A stretch of DNA of 60,277 nucleotides, taken from positions 1 to 60,277 of the IMG/VR virus record IMGVR_UViG_3300042475_003740, one strand, 5' to 3'. Within the stretch, counting starts at the first letter, position 1, and each line of letters starts with the position of its first letter. The position numbers and the translations under genes were made by a program. Below are positions 1 through 9,259 of the stretch, in pieces. The DNA comes from a virus (taxonomy: Duplodnaviria; Caudoviricetes). Under the pieces are notes generated by a model. The model had not been told where the DNA came from. It did not search any database and saw only the letters and a program-made list of their open reading frames with translations.

Positions 1-1
1 C

Positions 2-277
2 GCTCGATTGCTCGCCGTAGCCCGAGCTGCGCTGCAGCCGGGTGCACTGTACATGAACGACTGGCACACCTGCGAAACGACCCACTGCATAAGCGGCTGG
101 GCTGTTCATCTGGCCGGTGAAGTTGGCCGCGTGCTTGAAACAGCAGTTGGCGTTCACATGGCTGGTTTGTATCTGCTGGGGGTGGAGGCGGCTGGGCATT
201 TCTATGACACCAACAAGGAGGCTACGAAATACCTGCAAAGCGTGATTGATGCGGCTGGTGTGGAGGTGGGGCCGTGA
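2..277 (+). CDS. C-terminal fragment of a probable pentapeptide-repeat phage protein (5' truncated by the window edge)
   Basis: Frame is open from base 2 (ARLLAVARAAL...). The DWHTCETTHCISGWAVHLAG motif resembles the C-terminal domain of phage pentapeptide-repeat proteins. Confidence 0.6.
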   Translation, partial: ARLLAVARAALQPGALYMNDWHTCETTHCISGWAVHLAGEVGRVLETAVGVHMAGLYLLGVEAAGHFYDTNKEATKYLQSVIDAAGVEVGP

Positions 278-318
278 GTTAGGCAGGCTGAAATCTCTCC
301 TAGTCCCAACAACTAATC

Positions 319-552
319 ATGTTTTCCTACAAAGAAACCCGCACTGGTCCTGACTACTCGCTGGCCTACTCAGCGCTGGCGCGACGCATGGCAGCGATTG
401 ATGCATTGCTCAACGGCTGCGTTCCGCCGAGCATTGCCCGCGCCAGAGATGAAGTCAAGGCGGCGATGAAGTCAATCAACGCCATGGAAACGACCCAGAT
501 TGTCATTCCCCTACAAGATGAGAACACCACCACGGAGATCAACCATGACTGA
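319..552 (+). CDS. hypothetical protein
   Basis: 77 aa ORF with ATG start; stop overlaps the next gene start. Confidence 0.55.
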   Translation: MFSYKETRTGPDYSLAYSALARRMAAIDALLNGCVPPSIARARDEVKAAMKSINAMETTQIVIPLQDENTTTEINHD

Positions 553-1648
553 CCCGATCCGCGCCGCGCTGGAGCGGCTGGTTGGACTGCACAATGATGA
601 TGGCGCCTGGGGCCTGCATTGGGACGACGCCATTGCCGATGCCCGCGCCGCCCTGGCCGATGAGGCGGATGGACCGGCTGTGCCCGAGGGCAGGGAACCG
701 GCCTCCGTCGCTGGGGAGCCTAGCGATGAGGATCTGTGGGGGTTGGATCAGTTGGAGGAGTCGTGGAACGCTCAGGCCGACGCGGCCAACAACTGGAACG
801 AGTTGGGCCTCGATGAAATCATTGTCTGGGCGCAGCGCCAGGCCCTTTCCCGCTGGGGACATCTCGCTACCCCGGCAGCGCCGGAGGTGAAGCCGGTGGC
901 ATACCTCAAGGAATGGCGCAGCCCCGACGTGAGGCGGCGCGTTGATTTGTCGGCTCAGTGTGAAGCTTGGTTGGAAAACTATCATCCAACTATCACTCCT
1001 TTGTTTGCCCACCCCGCCCCGCCCGCCGAGGGGGAGGTGGGGACGTTGGTGGCCTGGCTCGTAGGGCAGGCCATACGCGCCGCTGATGCCGATCAGTCGA
1101 AAGACGCCGGGATGCTGACCTGGGCTGCTCAGGTCATTGGCGAACGAGTGGATGAAGATGCCATCACCCCACCCCCTGAGGGGGAACGACGCTGGACCGA
1201 AGGCATCTGCGGTGATGGCGCAGCCATTCTTTTTGATGGAGCGATGGTTCCTGTCGATGAGGTTGTTCGAACGCTGAATCACCGCTGTTTGCAGCCTCCA
1301 GCCGAGGGGGAGGTGGGGGAGTTGGTGGAGTGGTTGCGCAAAAACGCCAAGGAATGGGGGGATCTTGGCGAATACTCCGAAGGTGCCAAATGCCACCGCA
1401 TCGCCGCCCTGCTCCAGCAGCTGTCCGCGTCCGCGCCGGCTGCTGTGCCGGTGGCGGTGAGTGAGCGGTTGCCGGACCTGTCGCCAAGTGCTGGCGATTT
1501 CAACACTTCAGGGCTGCTCTGGTGGTTTACGCCGCGACTTGGTTGGCGACTTGGATCAAGGGAATCGATTGACTGCATTCCGTTTCCGACCCACTGGCTC
1601 CCCTTCCACGCCCTGCCGTTCCCCGCGCCACAGGAGGCCCAGCCATGA
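545..1648 (+). CDS. mosaic phage early protein with internal PPAEGEVGxLVxWL repeats and a C-terminal DUF551-like domain
   Basis: Likely start ATG 545 (MTDPIRAALERL). Repeated PAEGEVG blocks. C-terminal VSERLP...WW...THWLP motif. Confidence 0.7.
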   Translation: MTDPIRAALERLVGLHNDDGAWGLHWDDAIADARAALADEADGPAVPEGREPASVAGEPSDEDLWGLDQLEESWNAQADAANNWNELGLDEIIVWAQRQALSRWGHLATPAAPEVKPVAYLKEWRSPDVRRRVDLSAQCEAWLENYHPTITPLFAHPAPPAEGEVGTLVAWLVGQAIRAADADQSKDAGMLTWAAQVIGERVDEDAITPPPEGERRWTEGICGDGAAILFDGAMVPVDEVVRTLNHRCLQPPAEGEVGELVEWLRKNAKEWGDLGEYSEGAKCHRIAALLQQLSASAPAAVPVAVSERLPDLSPSAGDFNTSGLLWWFTPRLGWRLGSRESIDCIPFPTHWLPFHALPFPAPQEAQP

Positions 1649-1899
1649 CCTGCCCCCTTCAGCTCGACCCCACCACCCAGGCCGCCATGGAGCGGCTGCG
1701 CACGCAACCCCCTACCAGCGACCAGGGTCGCCTGATGCCGCGCCCGACCCATCGGGAACTATGGGAATTGTTTGATGCGTATTCAATTTTTTATGGAGAG
1801 GAAAAAGTAATGTTAAGCGGCAGCTTTATTGCTGCTGTGGAGAAGCTGCTGGCGGGGAGGGGCGGCAGCGTGAGCGTCCAACCCGGAAAGCTGCCGTAA
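1645..1899 (+). CDS. hypothetical protein
   Basis: ATGA overlap with the upstream gene. Confidence 0.55.
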   Translation: MTCPLQLDPTTQAAMERLRTQPPTSDQGRLMPRPTHRELWELFDAYSIFYGEEKVMLSGSFIAAVEKLLAGRGGSVSVQPGKLP

Positions 1900-1914
1900 C
1901 GACGCGTCGCATCG

Positions 1915-2055
1915 ATGGCCACCAAGGCCAAAGCCGGATCCGCCGGCACCGTCCGCAAGGAGCCGGTGCCGAAGACCACCAGCCAGGGCCAGGGCACCCG
2001 CAGCCGGCCGGAGCGTCGCGGTCGGAAGCACCTCGTGGGGCAAGGCAAGGGATGA
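1915..2055 (+). CDS. small basic protein (46 aa, MATKAKAGSAGTVRKEPVPKTTSQGQG...GQGKG)
   Basis: Below the ORF-track cutoff. Preceded by GGAAAGCT at 1885; ATGA-coupled to the next ORF. Confidence 0.55.
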   Translation: MATKAKAGSAGTVRKEPVPKTTSQGQGTRSRPERRGRKHLVGQGKG

Positions 2056-2231
2056 GCCGCTGGATCGCCGATCGCCAGCCCACCGCCGAGGACGCCGACC
2101 TGCATGGCATGGTCCGGTGGGGCCCGCTGCGGCCCGGCCTGCTGATGCCTTGGATCGATGTGCGCCCCGGTGAGCAGTGGGCTCACACCACCGCCTGGCA
2201 ACCACCTGCGGAGGCACCGGAGCATGGATGA
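2052..2231 (+). CDS. hypothetical protein (59 aa, MSRWIADRQPTAEDADLHG...)
   Basis: Coupled ORF. Shares WIxxRxPTxEDADxxG with the C-terminus of 43758-44102. Confidence 0.55.
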   Translation: MSRWIADRQPTAEDADLHGMVRWGPLRPGLLMPWIDVRPGEQWAHTTAWQPPAEAPEHG

Positions 2232-2625
2232 TCAGCCAATCAGTCTCATCAACCTGGTCGACCGCCTGGGGAAGCTCGATGGCCTGTTGATGGGCCTGCA
2301 GCTCAGCATCAACCAGGGCCAGGCGCAGACAAGCGCTTTCATGGCTCGCGTCGAACGGCTGGAGGCCCGGCAGGTGGAGCTGGAGCGAAACATGATCACC
2401 CGCGACGACATCAGCCAGCTGGTGGCGAAAGTCGACAAGCTGGGTAACAGCGACGCCAGGACGCAGGGTGGCCGGGCCGTCGCCACGTGGTCGGCGTCAG
2501 CGCTAGCAACGTGGGCGGCGATTGCCATCTCCGTGTTGGCCCTGTTGTCCACCGCCGTGCAGCGCGAACGGATCCAAGGCCTCCAGCCGCGACCGGCTCC
2601 TACGTCGGCGCCGTCTTCCCGCTGA
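2224..2625 (+). CDS. coiled-coil protein with a C-terminal transmembrane helix (holin/XhlA-like architecture)
   Basis: Start MDDQPISL. Heptad-rich region followed by hydrophobic ALATWAAIAISVLALLS. Confidence 0.6.
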   Translation: MDDQPISLINLVDRLGKLDGLLMGLQLSINQGQAQTSAFMARVERLEARQVELERNMITRDDISQLVAKVDKLGNSDARTQGGRAVATWSASALATWAAIAISVLALLSTAVQRERIQGLQPRPAPTSAPSSR

Positions 2626-2887
2626 ACGCCTCGCAAAGTTCATCCTGATACGGCTGCAGCAGCGCGGTCTCAGTTCCACGCGTGCCGTAGAGCTTCACCG
2701 GCGAGCCCGGCCTCACCTCGGCCTTGCCGCCACCCAGCGGCTTGGCATCGACACCGATCAGGCCGTGCAGCATCCCGGCAGCAGCAGCCATGGTGCCGGC
2801 TGGCAGGATCTGAAACTCTCGCCCCCAGACGTGGCCGCCGCCGGGCACCTCGTAGAGGCTCATTTGGCTCCAGGCGATTGAAGTCAT
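2600..2887 (-). CDS. hypothetical protein
   Basis: Start MTSIAWSQ overlaps the stop of the upstream ORF. Confidence 0.5.
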   Translation of the reverse strand: MTSIAWSQMSLYEVPGGGHVWGREFQILPAGTMAAAAGMLHGLIGVDAKPLGGGKAEVRPGSPVKLYGTRGTETALLQPYQDELCEAFSGKTAPT

Positions 2888-3111
2888 ACCCCTGGCTCGG
2901 TTGATTCCGACGGCCCCCGGCAAGGCACGTGGGGCCCACGGGTCGGCGGCTCGATGCCGCGGCTGACGCACAGGGCATGAAATGCAGCCATGGCCTTGGT
3001 GCCGCTGCGGTCCTCAACACACAGGCCGGCGCCGCAGACGCGCCAGATCGGCTGCCCCTCGCGGATGATCACCTCTTGGGTCGGCAAGGCGCGGAATTCA
3101 TCCATGCCCAT
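2884..3111 (-). CDS. hypothetical protein
   Basis: 75 aa ORF, divergent from the integrase. Confidence 0.5.
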   Translation of the reverse strand: MGMDEFRALPTQEVIIREGQPIWRVCGAGLCVEDRSGTKAMAAFHALCVSRGIEPPTRGPHVPCRGPSESTEPGV

Positions 3112-3392
3112 AGCTTGCCAGCCGCCCCGGCATGCACGCCTGGTGCACTACCGCCGAAACCCGCCGCCACCACAGGGCTGAGAATACGACATCCGGGAGA
3201 TTAACGAGAATCTTTACGCTGCAGTCCTGGCCTGCCGTCTCGCCGAAAACGCCCGCCCTGACGCCGATCTGGCTTGAGCCACCGGAGCGCCCCAGGTGAC
3301 AGGAAGGGACAGGAAGGGACAGGGGATCGGCTAGAAATGCACGGCCCGTGCATCGGGCGCCACCACACCGCCCGCAGTTTTCGTATTCGCCC
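3112..3392. other. candidate attP region
   Basis: Intergenic stretch just upstream of the integrase. Contains AGATT-n6-AATCT (3198-3213) and tandem 10-nt GACAGGAAGG repeats (3298-3325), resembling core and arm sites. Confidence 0.35.
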
Positions 3393-4427
3393 ATGGCCAG
3401 CGTCACCGCCCAGCGCGGCCGGCTGTACCTGCTCGCCAAGGCGCCGCGGCGCGACGGGCAGCCGGGCCTCCAGCAGACCCGCATCGCCCTGCGCCTCGAC
3501 GACACTCCGATCAACCGCCGCACCGCTGCCAAGCAGCTGCAGACCCTGGAGCGCCAGCTGGCCACCGGTGCGTTCGAGTGGGCCTACTGGCTGGATGAGC
3601 AGACCAGCGGCATCACCTGGCGCGAGGCGATAAACCGGCTGTACCGGGCGAAAGTGGTCCTGGGCCGCACCGGGGAGAGCACCTGGCAGGTCAACTACCT
3701 CGGCCGCCTGCGGCAGATCCCACCCACCAGCGCATGCACCACCGCATCGATGGCCGCCGCGCTGCAGCGCTACGACCGGGGCAGCTGCAGCTACAAGGAG
3801 CTCTTCTACCTGCTGCGGCACGTCGCCCGGCTGGCAGCGGTGCCGTTCCCTGAGGTGCCGCTACCCACCTACAACCAGGCCGCCCTGGTGGCGGTGCCCA
3901 CCGATGCGCAGATCATCGCCTGGGTGGAAACGGCGCCGAACCCATCGGCCTGGTACTGGGGGATGATGGCCACCTACGGGCTCAGGCCCCATGAGATCGA
4001 GGGCGCGGCGCTGATCGATCGGGACTACTGCCAGGTGCAGGAGGCCAGCAAGACCGGATTCCGCACGGTGGTACCACTGCCCCGTGAGTGGGTGGGCCGG
4101 TTCGCCCTGCACGATCGCCGCCTGCGGCCGGGCCTGGCGCAGCGGCCTGATGCAGTGTCGAAGTGGCTCTCGAAGGAGCTGCGCAAGCTGGCCCTGTCCT
4201 GGCGCCCCTACGCCCTGCGGCACGCCTACGCGGCTCGGCTGTGGAGCACCGGCGGCAGCCGGTTGGACATCTACACCGCGGCGCGGCTCATGGGCCACAG
4301 CCCGCTGCAGCACACGAGGACTTACCGGGCGCACATCCAGCCCCACCAGGTAGCAGAGGCGGCGGAGCGGGCGTTAGGGGGTGGGCACCACCGCCGCGAC
4401 ATTCACCCGCACCACCCGCCGACCTGA
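3393..4427 (+). CDS. int: tyrosine recombinase (phage integrase)
   Basis: YGLRPHE (Arg I), YALRHAY, LMGHS and the TRTY catalytic Tyr. N-terminal arm-binding-like segment. Confidence 0.9.
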   Translation: MASVTAQRGRLYLLAKAPRRDGQPGLQQTRIALRLDDTPINRRTAAKQLQTLERQLATGAFEWAYWLDEQTSGITWREAINRLYRAKVVLGRTGESTWQVNYLGRLRQIPPTSACTTASMAAALQRYDRGSCSYKELFYLLRHVARLAAVPFPEVPLPTYNQAALVAVPTDAQIIAWVETAPNPSAWYWGMMATYGLRPHEIEGAALIDRDYCQVQEASKTGFRTVVPLPREWVGRFALHDRRLRPGLAQRPDAVSKWLSKELRKLALSWRPYALRHAYAARLWSTGGSRLDIYTAARLMGHSPLQHTRTYRAHIQPHQVAEAAERALGGGHHRRDIHPHHPPT

Positions 4428-4577
4428 CCCCACTGGCGCCAGGTCAATCAGTTCCCGGCCCCAGCGCCAGCGGCTGCGGCGGTTCGCGTCAGCTTCAGCC
4501 ACCAGGCGCTTGATGTGCCGGTCGGACACCCCCAGCGCTTCGGCCGCCTCGGGGATCGTCAGCAGCATCCGGGTCAT
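4374..4577 (-). CDS. xis: excisionase-like HTH protein
   Basis: LLTIPEAAEALGVSDRHIKRLV, an HTH_17-type motif; convergent with int. Confidence 0.75.
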   Translation of the reverse strand: MTRMLLTIPEAAEALGVSDRHIKRLVAEADANRRSRWRWGRELIDLAPVGSGRRVVRVNVAAVVPTP

Positions 4578-5029
4578 CAGCTCCCCTCCTGATACATCGA
4601 GCAGTCCCGTGCGAAGAACGACCCCTCCTCGATCGGGTCGGGGAAGCCCATTCCGCAGTGATCTGCCCGCCAGTGCCAGCACCGCTCACACCGGGGCCCA
4701 TCGGCATCTGGTGGCAGGTGCCCGTAGGGCAGCAGGTTGCGGTAGGCCAGCCCTGCCCTGATCTGGCGGATCAGCTCCGGGCCGCATTCGCGCCGGCGAG
4801 CCTCTTCTGCGTTGGTGAGCCCTGAGCGGAGGATCTCGCGGACTTCGCTGGCATTAAACCGGGGCCGCTTCGGCTGCAGGTCCTGATAGATGTCACCAGC
4901 GCGGATCTGCCGGATCAGCTCACGGCTGCAGCCGTGCTCCCGCGCCAGCGCCGCATTGGTGGCCGGTGACCCCACGATCTCCTGCACCGTCTCTGCGTCG
5001 AATCGGCGGCCACATGGCGGTTTCCTCAT
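4577..5029 (-). CDS. protein with two tandem HTH-like repeats and a C-terminal Cys cluster
   Basis: Two copies of RFxAxxVxEI...TNA...C.RELIRQIRAG, then CERCWHW...C...C. Confidence 0.65.
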   Translation of the reverse strand: MRKPPCGRRFDAETVQEIVGSPATNAALAREHGCSRELIRQIRAGDIYQDLQPKRPRFNASEVREILRSGLTNAEEARRRECGPELIRQIRAGLAYRNLLPYGHLPPDADGPRCERCWHWRADHCGMGFPDPIEEGSFFARDCSMYQEGS

Positions 5030-5535
5030 CCCAGGCTCTCCCGGACGCGCATGTCTCCCTGGTACCGGCCCGTTTCGGCGTAGGTGCGCAGCGGTCGCTC
5101 CTCCAGGCGGCTGAACACCAACTGGCCAATCCGCATCCCGGGCCAGATCGCCACGCCATGGAGTTGGCGGCTGTTGTGCAGCTCCAGGGTCAGGCGCCCC
5201 CGGTAGCCGGGGTCCACCCAGCCAGCCATCAGGTGCTCGATGCCCTCCCGCCCACGGCTGGACTTCAGCACAAACTGAGCCGTCAGATTGCCAGGGATGG
5301 TGATGACCTCCAGGGTGCAGCCGAGCACGAACTGCCCCGATCGCATCCAGTACGGATCTTCTTCTCCGTGCGCGTGAAACGGATACCGAACCATGTCGCG
5401 GCTTTCCGCGCCTTCAATCAGCAGCTCATCGCCTAGCCGAACGTCCAGGCTGGCGGGGTTGATCAGGGCCTCATCGAAGGGGTCGACCATGCCGCAGCGG
5501 CACAGCTCGGCAATCTGAAAATCAGCGAGGTTCAT
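5026..5535 (-). CDS. dcd: dCTP deaminase
   Basis: INPASLDVRLG, KSSRGREG, AGWVDPGYRGRLTLEL, GMRIGQLVF and GRYQG motifs. Confidence 0.92.
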   Translation of the reverse strand: MNLADFQIAELCRCGMVDPFDEALINPASLDVRLGDELLIEGAESRDMVRYPFHAHGEEDPYWMRSGQFVLGCTLEVITIPGNLTAQFVLKSSRGREGIEHLMAGWVDPGYRGRLTLELHNSRQLHGVAIWPGMRIGQLVFSRLEERPLRTYAETGRYQGDMRVRESLG

Positions 5536-5855
5536 TGAAAAGAGCACTCCACCAGGCGGGCGCCCGGCTCTGCGGCGGCCAGCGCTTGCCGCACCGCTTC
5601 GTGGTGCGATCGAGCAGCCAGGAACACCCGCGTCAGCGGCCGCCCCGGTACCAGCATCGTCACCCGGTACTCTCGCCCCGCGGCATTGCCAGGGGGCTGC
5701 AGGATGCGGCTGATCCGCTCAAGGCCGAGCACCTCAACACCCGGCCGCTGGCGCCGAATCGCTGCCCGGTAGTCGCGCTTGCCCCAGTCGGAGGGGCCCA
5801 CCAGGTCTTCGGTGTGCTCTTCCCCGAGAGCGTTGCGGTAAGTGAAACGCATCAT
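5532..5855 (-). CDS. hypothetical protein
   Basis: Coupled ORF. Its YRV...PGRP...AARS domain resembles the next gene. Confidence 0.55.
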   Translation of the reverse strand: MMRFTYRNALGEEHTEDLVGPSDWGKRDYRAAIRRQRPGVEVLGLERISRILQPPGNAAGREYRVTMLVPGRPLTRVFLAARSHHEAVRQALAAAEPGARLVECSFQ

Positions 5856-6076
5856 CCCCGTGCCCCCACCATCACGCCGAGGGCCTGGGGGTGGCGAGCT
5901 CGAAGAAACCGCTCCGCCTGCCGCCTTGATGCGGCCCGGATCGAGCCGCGCATGGGCCGGTTGCCGGGGAACACCACCCGATAGGGCCAGAGCTTGGCGC
6001 CGGGCTCCGTGGTCATCGTGATCCCTTCGCCTGTTTCGACGAGGGTTTCATCTCTGGTGAGCAGTCCGTAATTCAT
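5852..6076 (-). CDS. hypothetical protein
   Basis: Start MNYGLL; contains WPYRVVFPGNRPMRGSIRAAS. Confidence 0.55.
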   Translation of the reverse strand: MNYGLLTRDETLVETGEGITMTTEPGAKLWPYRVVFPGNRPMRGSIRAASRRQAERFLRARHPQALGVMVGARG

Positions 6077-6201
6077 GGGAAGGTTCCTGTGGTTGATTTG
6101 CTTGCCATTCACTACACCAGCTCCAGCTGTTGACGGTGGGCCAGGGCGGCGGCATGCGATGGCACGACATCCGCTCATCGTCTTTGCCGCAAAAGCGGCA
6201 G

Positions 6202-6432
6202 CTAGCGCAAGTGGTGAACATTCCGCTCTAGTTGATGTAACTGTTGCTCCCTGTGCAGCGTGTAACCGCACAGCGCCCCGGCGCAAAACAGGAACACGGT
6301 GATCAGTGCTCCGCGACGGGCATCGGCCTTGGCAGCAGCTGCAGCACGTCGCTTTTTCGCTCGATGCGCTGCAAGAGAAATAACAGCAACATAATCATCA
6401 CTGTGCTTCGGATTGTTGTAGTTTTCCCGCAT
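6202..6432 (-). CDS. small membrane protein
   Basis: Hydrophobic GALITVFLFCAGALCGY; coupled to the upstream ORF. Confidence 0.45.
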   Translation of the reverse strand: MRENYNNPKHSDDYVAVISLAAHRAKKRRAAAAAKADARRGALITVFLFCAGALCGYTLHREQQLHQLERNVHHLR

Positions 6433-6791
6433 CACACCAGCTCCTTGCCGCTCATCGACGGCAGGCCCCACCCGCCGGTCAGGTCACCCGCATCGGCGGC
6501 ATTGCGGAGCACGGCGGCGACCAGCTCAGCCTGGCGGGCCAGTTCGAGGGCGAACTGACGGGGCAGGGGCTGGCCTTCGTCGTGAGCGTTGTCGTTCACT
6601 GCGCTGGCGATCGCCTGTGTGGCGTCAAGCAGGCCCACCAGGAGGGGAACCAGCGGCTCATTCCTGGCCCCAGCCGGCAGGATCACCCACGGGCCGGGGT
6701 TGCGGGGCAGAGCCGCCCGGGCGGCCTGGAGGATCGTGTCGGACAGGGCGCCTTCGCACTGGAGGGCGGGGGCGGGGATGGTGGCGGTCAT
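6432..6791 (-). CDS. hypothetical protein
   Basis: ATG after a CCA-rich leader; 119 aa. Confidence 0.6.
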   Translation of the reverse strand: MTATIPAPALQCEGALSDTILQAARAALPRNPGPWVILPAGARNEPLVPLLVGLLDATQAIASAVNDNAHDEGQPLPRQFALELARQAELVAAVLRNAADAGDLTGGWGLPSMSGKELV

Positions 6792-6827
6792 GGTGGTGTT
6801 GTGATTGTGAAAGCGGAATGGAGGTGG

Positions 6828-7904
6828 TCAGTGGATCTTGCCCCAGTCGACCTGAATGGCCGGGTGCAGGGTGCCGTTGGCGATGGCGGCAGCAACCGAC
6901 GCGGGCGTCATGCCGTTCATTGCGATCGTCAGCTCGCGCTGCAGTTTTCTGGCAAGAGCCTTGCGGGCTTGCTGCACCTTTGCTTCGGCGTCGGCTCGCG
7001 CCCGTCCGGATCGCATCTGCTCGGCTAACCGCTCCGCTTCCCGGCGCTCGGCCTCGGCTGCGCGTCGCTCTGCGTCCTCCTGCGCGTGGCGAGCCGCTTC
7101 GGCCTCCGCCAGTGCCAGCGCCTCACGAGCGGCCGCAGCTTCACGCTCGATCCGTGCCTGTTGCTCAGATGCACGCTGGCGCTCTTCGGCTTCCCGGCGA
7201 ATCCGAGCTTCTTGCTCGATCGCTTGGGCAGCGGCTCGCCGGCGCTCCTGCTCGATCGCTTCCTGGCGGATGCGCTCTTGCCTTTCCTCTTCTTCCCGCC
7301 GGGCCTTTTCGGCTCGCAGGGCCTCCAGCTCGGCACGTTCGGCCTCCTGGGCCCGCAGGGTGTCCCGTAGCCCCAGCAGATGCTCGATCGCTTCCTGCAG
7401 GCGGTTGGCGCCCGCTACAGCGAACTCCTCAAGTGCAGTGGCGTCGATCGCCTCCAACTCCGCCAGCCGTGCTTCCGCCTCGTCGGCGGTGGCGACGCTT
7501 TCGGCTAGCTGAGCGATGCGGTCCAGCACTGCGCGGTGAGCATCGACGCGGGCCTGCTCCTCCGCCTCGATCGCTTTGATCGCGGTTTCGTGAGGCTCGA
7601 TCAATCCCGCCACGGATGCCTCAAGGGTTTTCGCCGCTTCGTCAACGGCGCGACCGCGTTCCAGGTGAATGGCTTTCGCGTCCTTCCTGGCCCGCTCAAT
7701 GCCGCCCTTCAGTCGCCGCAACTGGGCAACCCAGGAGCGAGCGGCCTTGTTGTCGTGCGTGTCGCGGTAGTTAAAGGCCTTGCTTTCCGCATCCTGCGAT
7801 GCGATGGCGATGTCTGCCGCCAGCGCTTCCCATCGGGTGAGCGCCGTGGTCTCGGCAACGGGAGCGATAAGGCTTTCGGTCGACATGGTGGTAGTTCCGG
7901 TCAT
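6828..7904 (-). CDS. long coiled-coil protein (DUF1351-like)
   Basis: Start MTGTTTMS after GGAGG. Contains IERARKDAKAIHLERGRAVD and an E/A/R-rich helical C-terminus. Confidence 0.7.
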   Translation of the reverse strand: MTGTTTMSTESLIAPVAETTALTRWEALAADIAIASQDAESKAFNYRDTHDNKAARSWVAQLRRLKGGIERARKDAKAIHLERGRAVDEAAKTLEASVAGLIEPHETAIKAIEAEEQARVDAHRAVLDRIAQLAESVATADEAEARLAELEAIDATALEEFAVAGANRLQEAIEHLLGLRDTLRAQEAERAELEALRAEKARREEEERQERIRQEAIEQERRRAAAQAIEQEARIRREAEERQRASEQQARIEREAAAAREALALAEAEAARHAQEDAERRAAEAERREAERLAEQMRSGRARADAEAKVQQARKALARKLQRELTIAMNGMTPASVAAAIANGTLHPAIQVDWGKIH

Positions 7905-8101
7905 GATTCCTCCAGTGGTGGACCCCAGAGCCAGCACGGCGGCTCTGAGCAGAACAGATGGTCGGGGCTGGGCTTGCGGCCGGGGGAGCGGCCGCGGATC
8001 GGCTTCACCCAGGCAGTCAAGCGGCTGCTCCAGATGTGCCCCCGGGGCCCGGTGGGCGGCTCGGGGGCTTGGATGCCGGCGGGGTCGTAGAAGTCGCCCA
8101 T
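7901..8101 (-). CDS. hypothetical protein
   Basis: MGDFYDPAG..., coupled at both ends. Confidence 0.45.
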   Translation of the reverse strand: MGDFYDPAGIQAPEPPTGPRGHIWSSRLTAWVKPIRGRSPGRKPSPDHLFCSEPPCWLWGPPLEES

Positions 8102-8241
8102 CAGCGCCCTCGCAGCATCGATGGGTTGCGCTCGGCAGCCGTGAGGCACTCCTCGCCAGGGTCGGGCTCGTCGTCGCCCTCGAGCGGGTCTTCATCCCAG
8201 AGCGACTCGAAGTAGCTCGGCTCGTCGTCGTCGAAAGGCAT
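8101..8241 (-). CDS. small acidic protein (MPFDDDEP...LTAAERNPSMLRGR)
   Basis: First gene after a promoter/operator at about 8270-8298; CCA-rich leader. Confidence 0.5.
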   Translation of the reverse strand: MPFDDDEPSYFESLWDEDPLEGDDEPDPGEECLTAAERNPSMLRGR

Positions 8242-8269
8242 GGGTGGTGGTGTGGTGGTGGACTTCTGC

Positions 8270-8298
8270 ATCCTACCGGATCGATTGCGAAACTGCAC
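8270..8298 (-). promoter_or_regulatory. early promoter (-10 TAGGAT) overlapped by a palindromic operator
   Basis: The minus strand reads GTGCAGTTTCGCAATCGATCCGGTAGGAT, nearly identical to the element at 37735-37763. Confidence 0.55.
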
Positions 8299-8470
8299 CG
8301 CCCCCCGACGGCTTGCCGATTCCCGGCAGCCTGGATCGGTGGGTTGCTGCCCCTGCCGCACTGCGGTGGCAGGGGTTTTCCTTCCTGTTGCGAAGGGTTA
8401 CACTGATCTCAGCTCACAGGGGTGGTTCCCTGCGGGCCGACACAGCACCTTCGTGTCCTGTGTGGTGGCC

Positions 8471-8486
8471 GGGGGCTTCGGCCCCC
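8471..8486. terminator. GC hairpin GGGGGC-TTCG-GCCCCC
   Basis: Perfect stem with a UUCG tetraloop, just downstream of the nuclease stop codon. Confidence 0.6.
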
Positions 8487-8497
8487 CAACCGCCGCA

Positions 8498-8854
8498 TCA
8501 TCCCTTCGCCCACGGCACCGCATGACCGGCTGCCACCAGGGCATCCGCCAGTAGGACTCCGTCGGCACGACGGATGATCGCCACCCAGCGGCCGAAGCTG
8601 TCCTGGAGCAGCGTTTCGGCGGCGACCGGCTCAGCGGTCAGCCACGCTTCGGCGAATTCCCTGGCGGCCTGGCCGAGCACACGGGAGGCACCCCTCATCT
8701 CCGGGCAGTCGATCCCGGAAACCCGCAGGCGCCAGCGCCAGGTGGGGCGGCAGTTGAAACCAACGTCCCGACTCAAGTTGGCCACAAAAGTATCACCATC
8801 AATCATGCGCTCCATTGCGCAGTCATAGGTAAAAACTGGAACAATTATGCTCAT
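8498..8854 (-). CDS. thermonuclease (SNase-like) family protein
   Basis: IDGDTF, LRVSGIDCPE and DSFGRWVA motifs. Confidence 0.85.
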   Translation of the reverse strand: MSIIVPVFTYDCAMERMIDGDTFVANLSRDVGFNCRPTWRWRLRVSGIDCPEMRGASRVLGQAAREFAEAWLTAEPVAAETLLQDSFGRWVAIIRRADGVLLADALVAAGHAVPWAKG

Positions 8855-8902
8855 GCCATTAACGCCAGCAACGATTCGGCTCGATCTGTTCAGTAATGCT
8901 GC

Positions 8903-9259
8903 TCATGTGGGCAAACCAAGTGGGGAAGAAGGCAGCAGCGATATGAACTCTTCCCACGGCACTACCAGCACCGTTGCCGCCAACTCGTTTGGAAGGTGAC
9001 CAAAAACATGTCGCATGATCCCATAGGGCGGCAGAGCCTCAGTCAAAATATCTGCGCCAATCCCCCAGTGAATTTCGCCTTCCACGGAGACCGGCTGAAG
9101 GCAATGCTGCCAGCCGGGTGGCTTGAAAGTGTCTTGCGCCGCCATGGCTGCTTCGTATGTTGGCTGTGGCACAAGCAACGCGAATGCCTTAGGATTGAAC
9201 TCCTCTACCGGCGGCAGCGCTCCACCACCAGCCGCCAAGATGTCAGCTAGCGTAGTCAT
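8903..9259 (-). CDS. hypothetical protein (possible tail fibre accessory)
   Basis: Coupled to the upstream structural gene. Confidence 0.55.
   Translation of the reverse strand: MTTLADILAAGGGALPPVEEFNPKAFALLVPQPTYEAAMAAQDTFKPPGWQHCLQPVSVEGEIHWGIGADILTEALPPYGIMRHVFGHLPNELAATVLVVPWEEFISLLPSSPLGLPT

Noticed and set aside
3298-3325. GACAGGAAGG tandem repeat as a third guide array
   Set aside because: It has a 10-nt identical period with no GGY/NN alternation and no hairpin. Integrase arm sites are more plausible.
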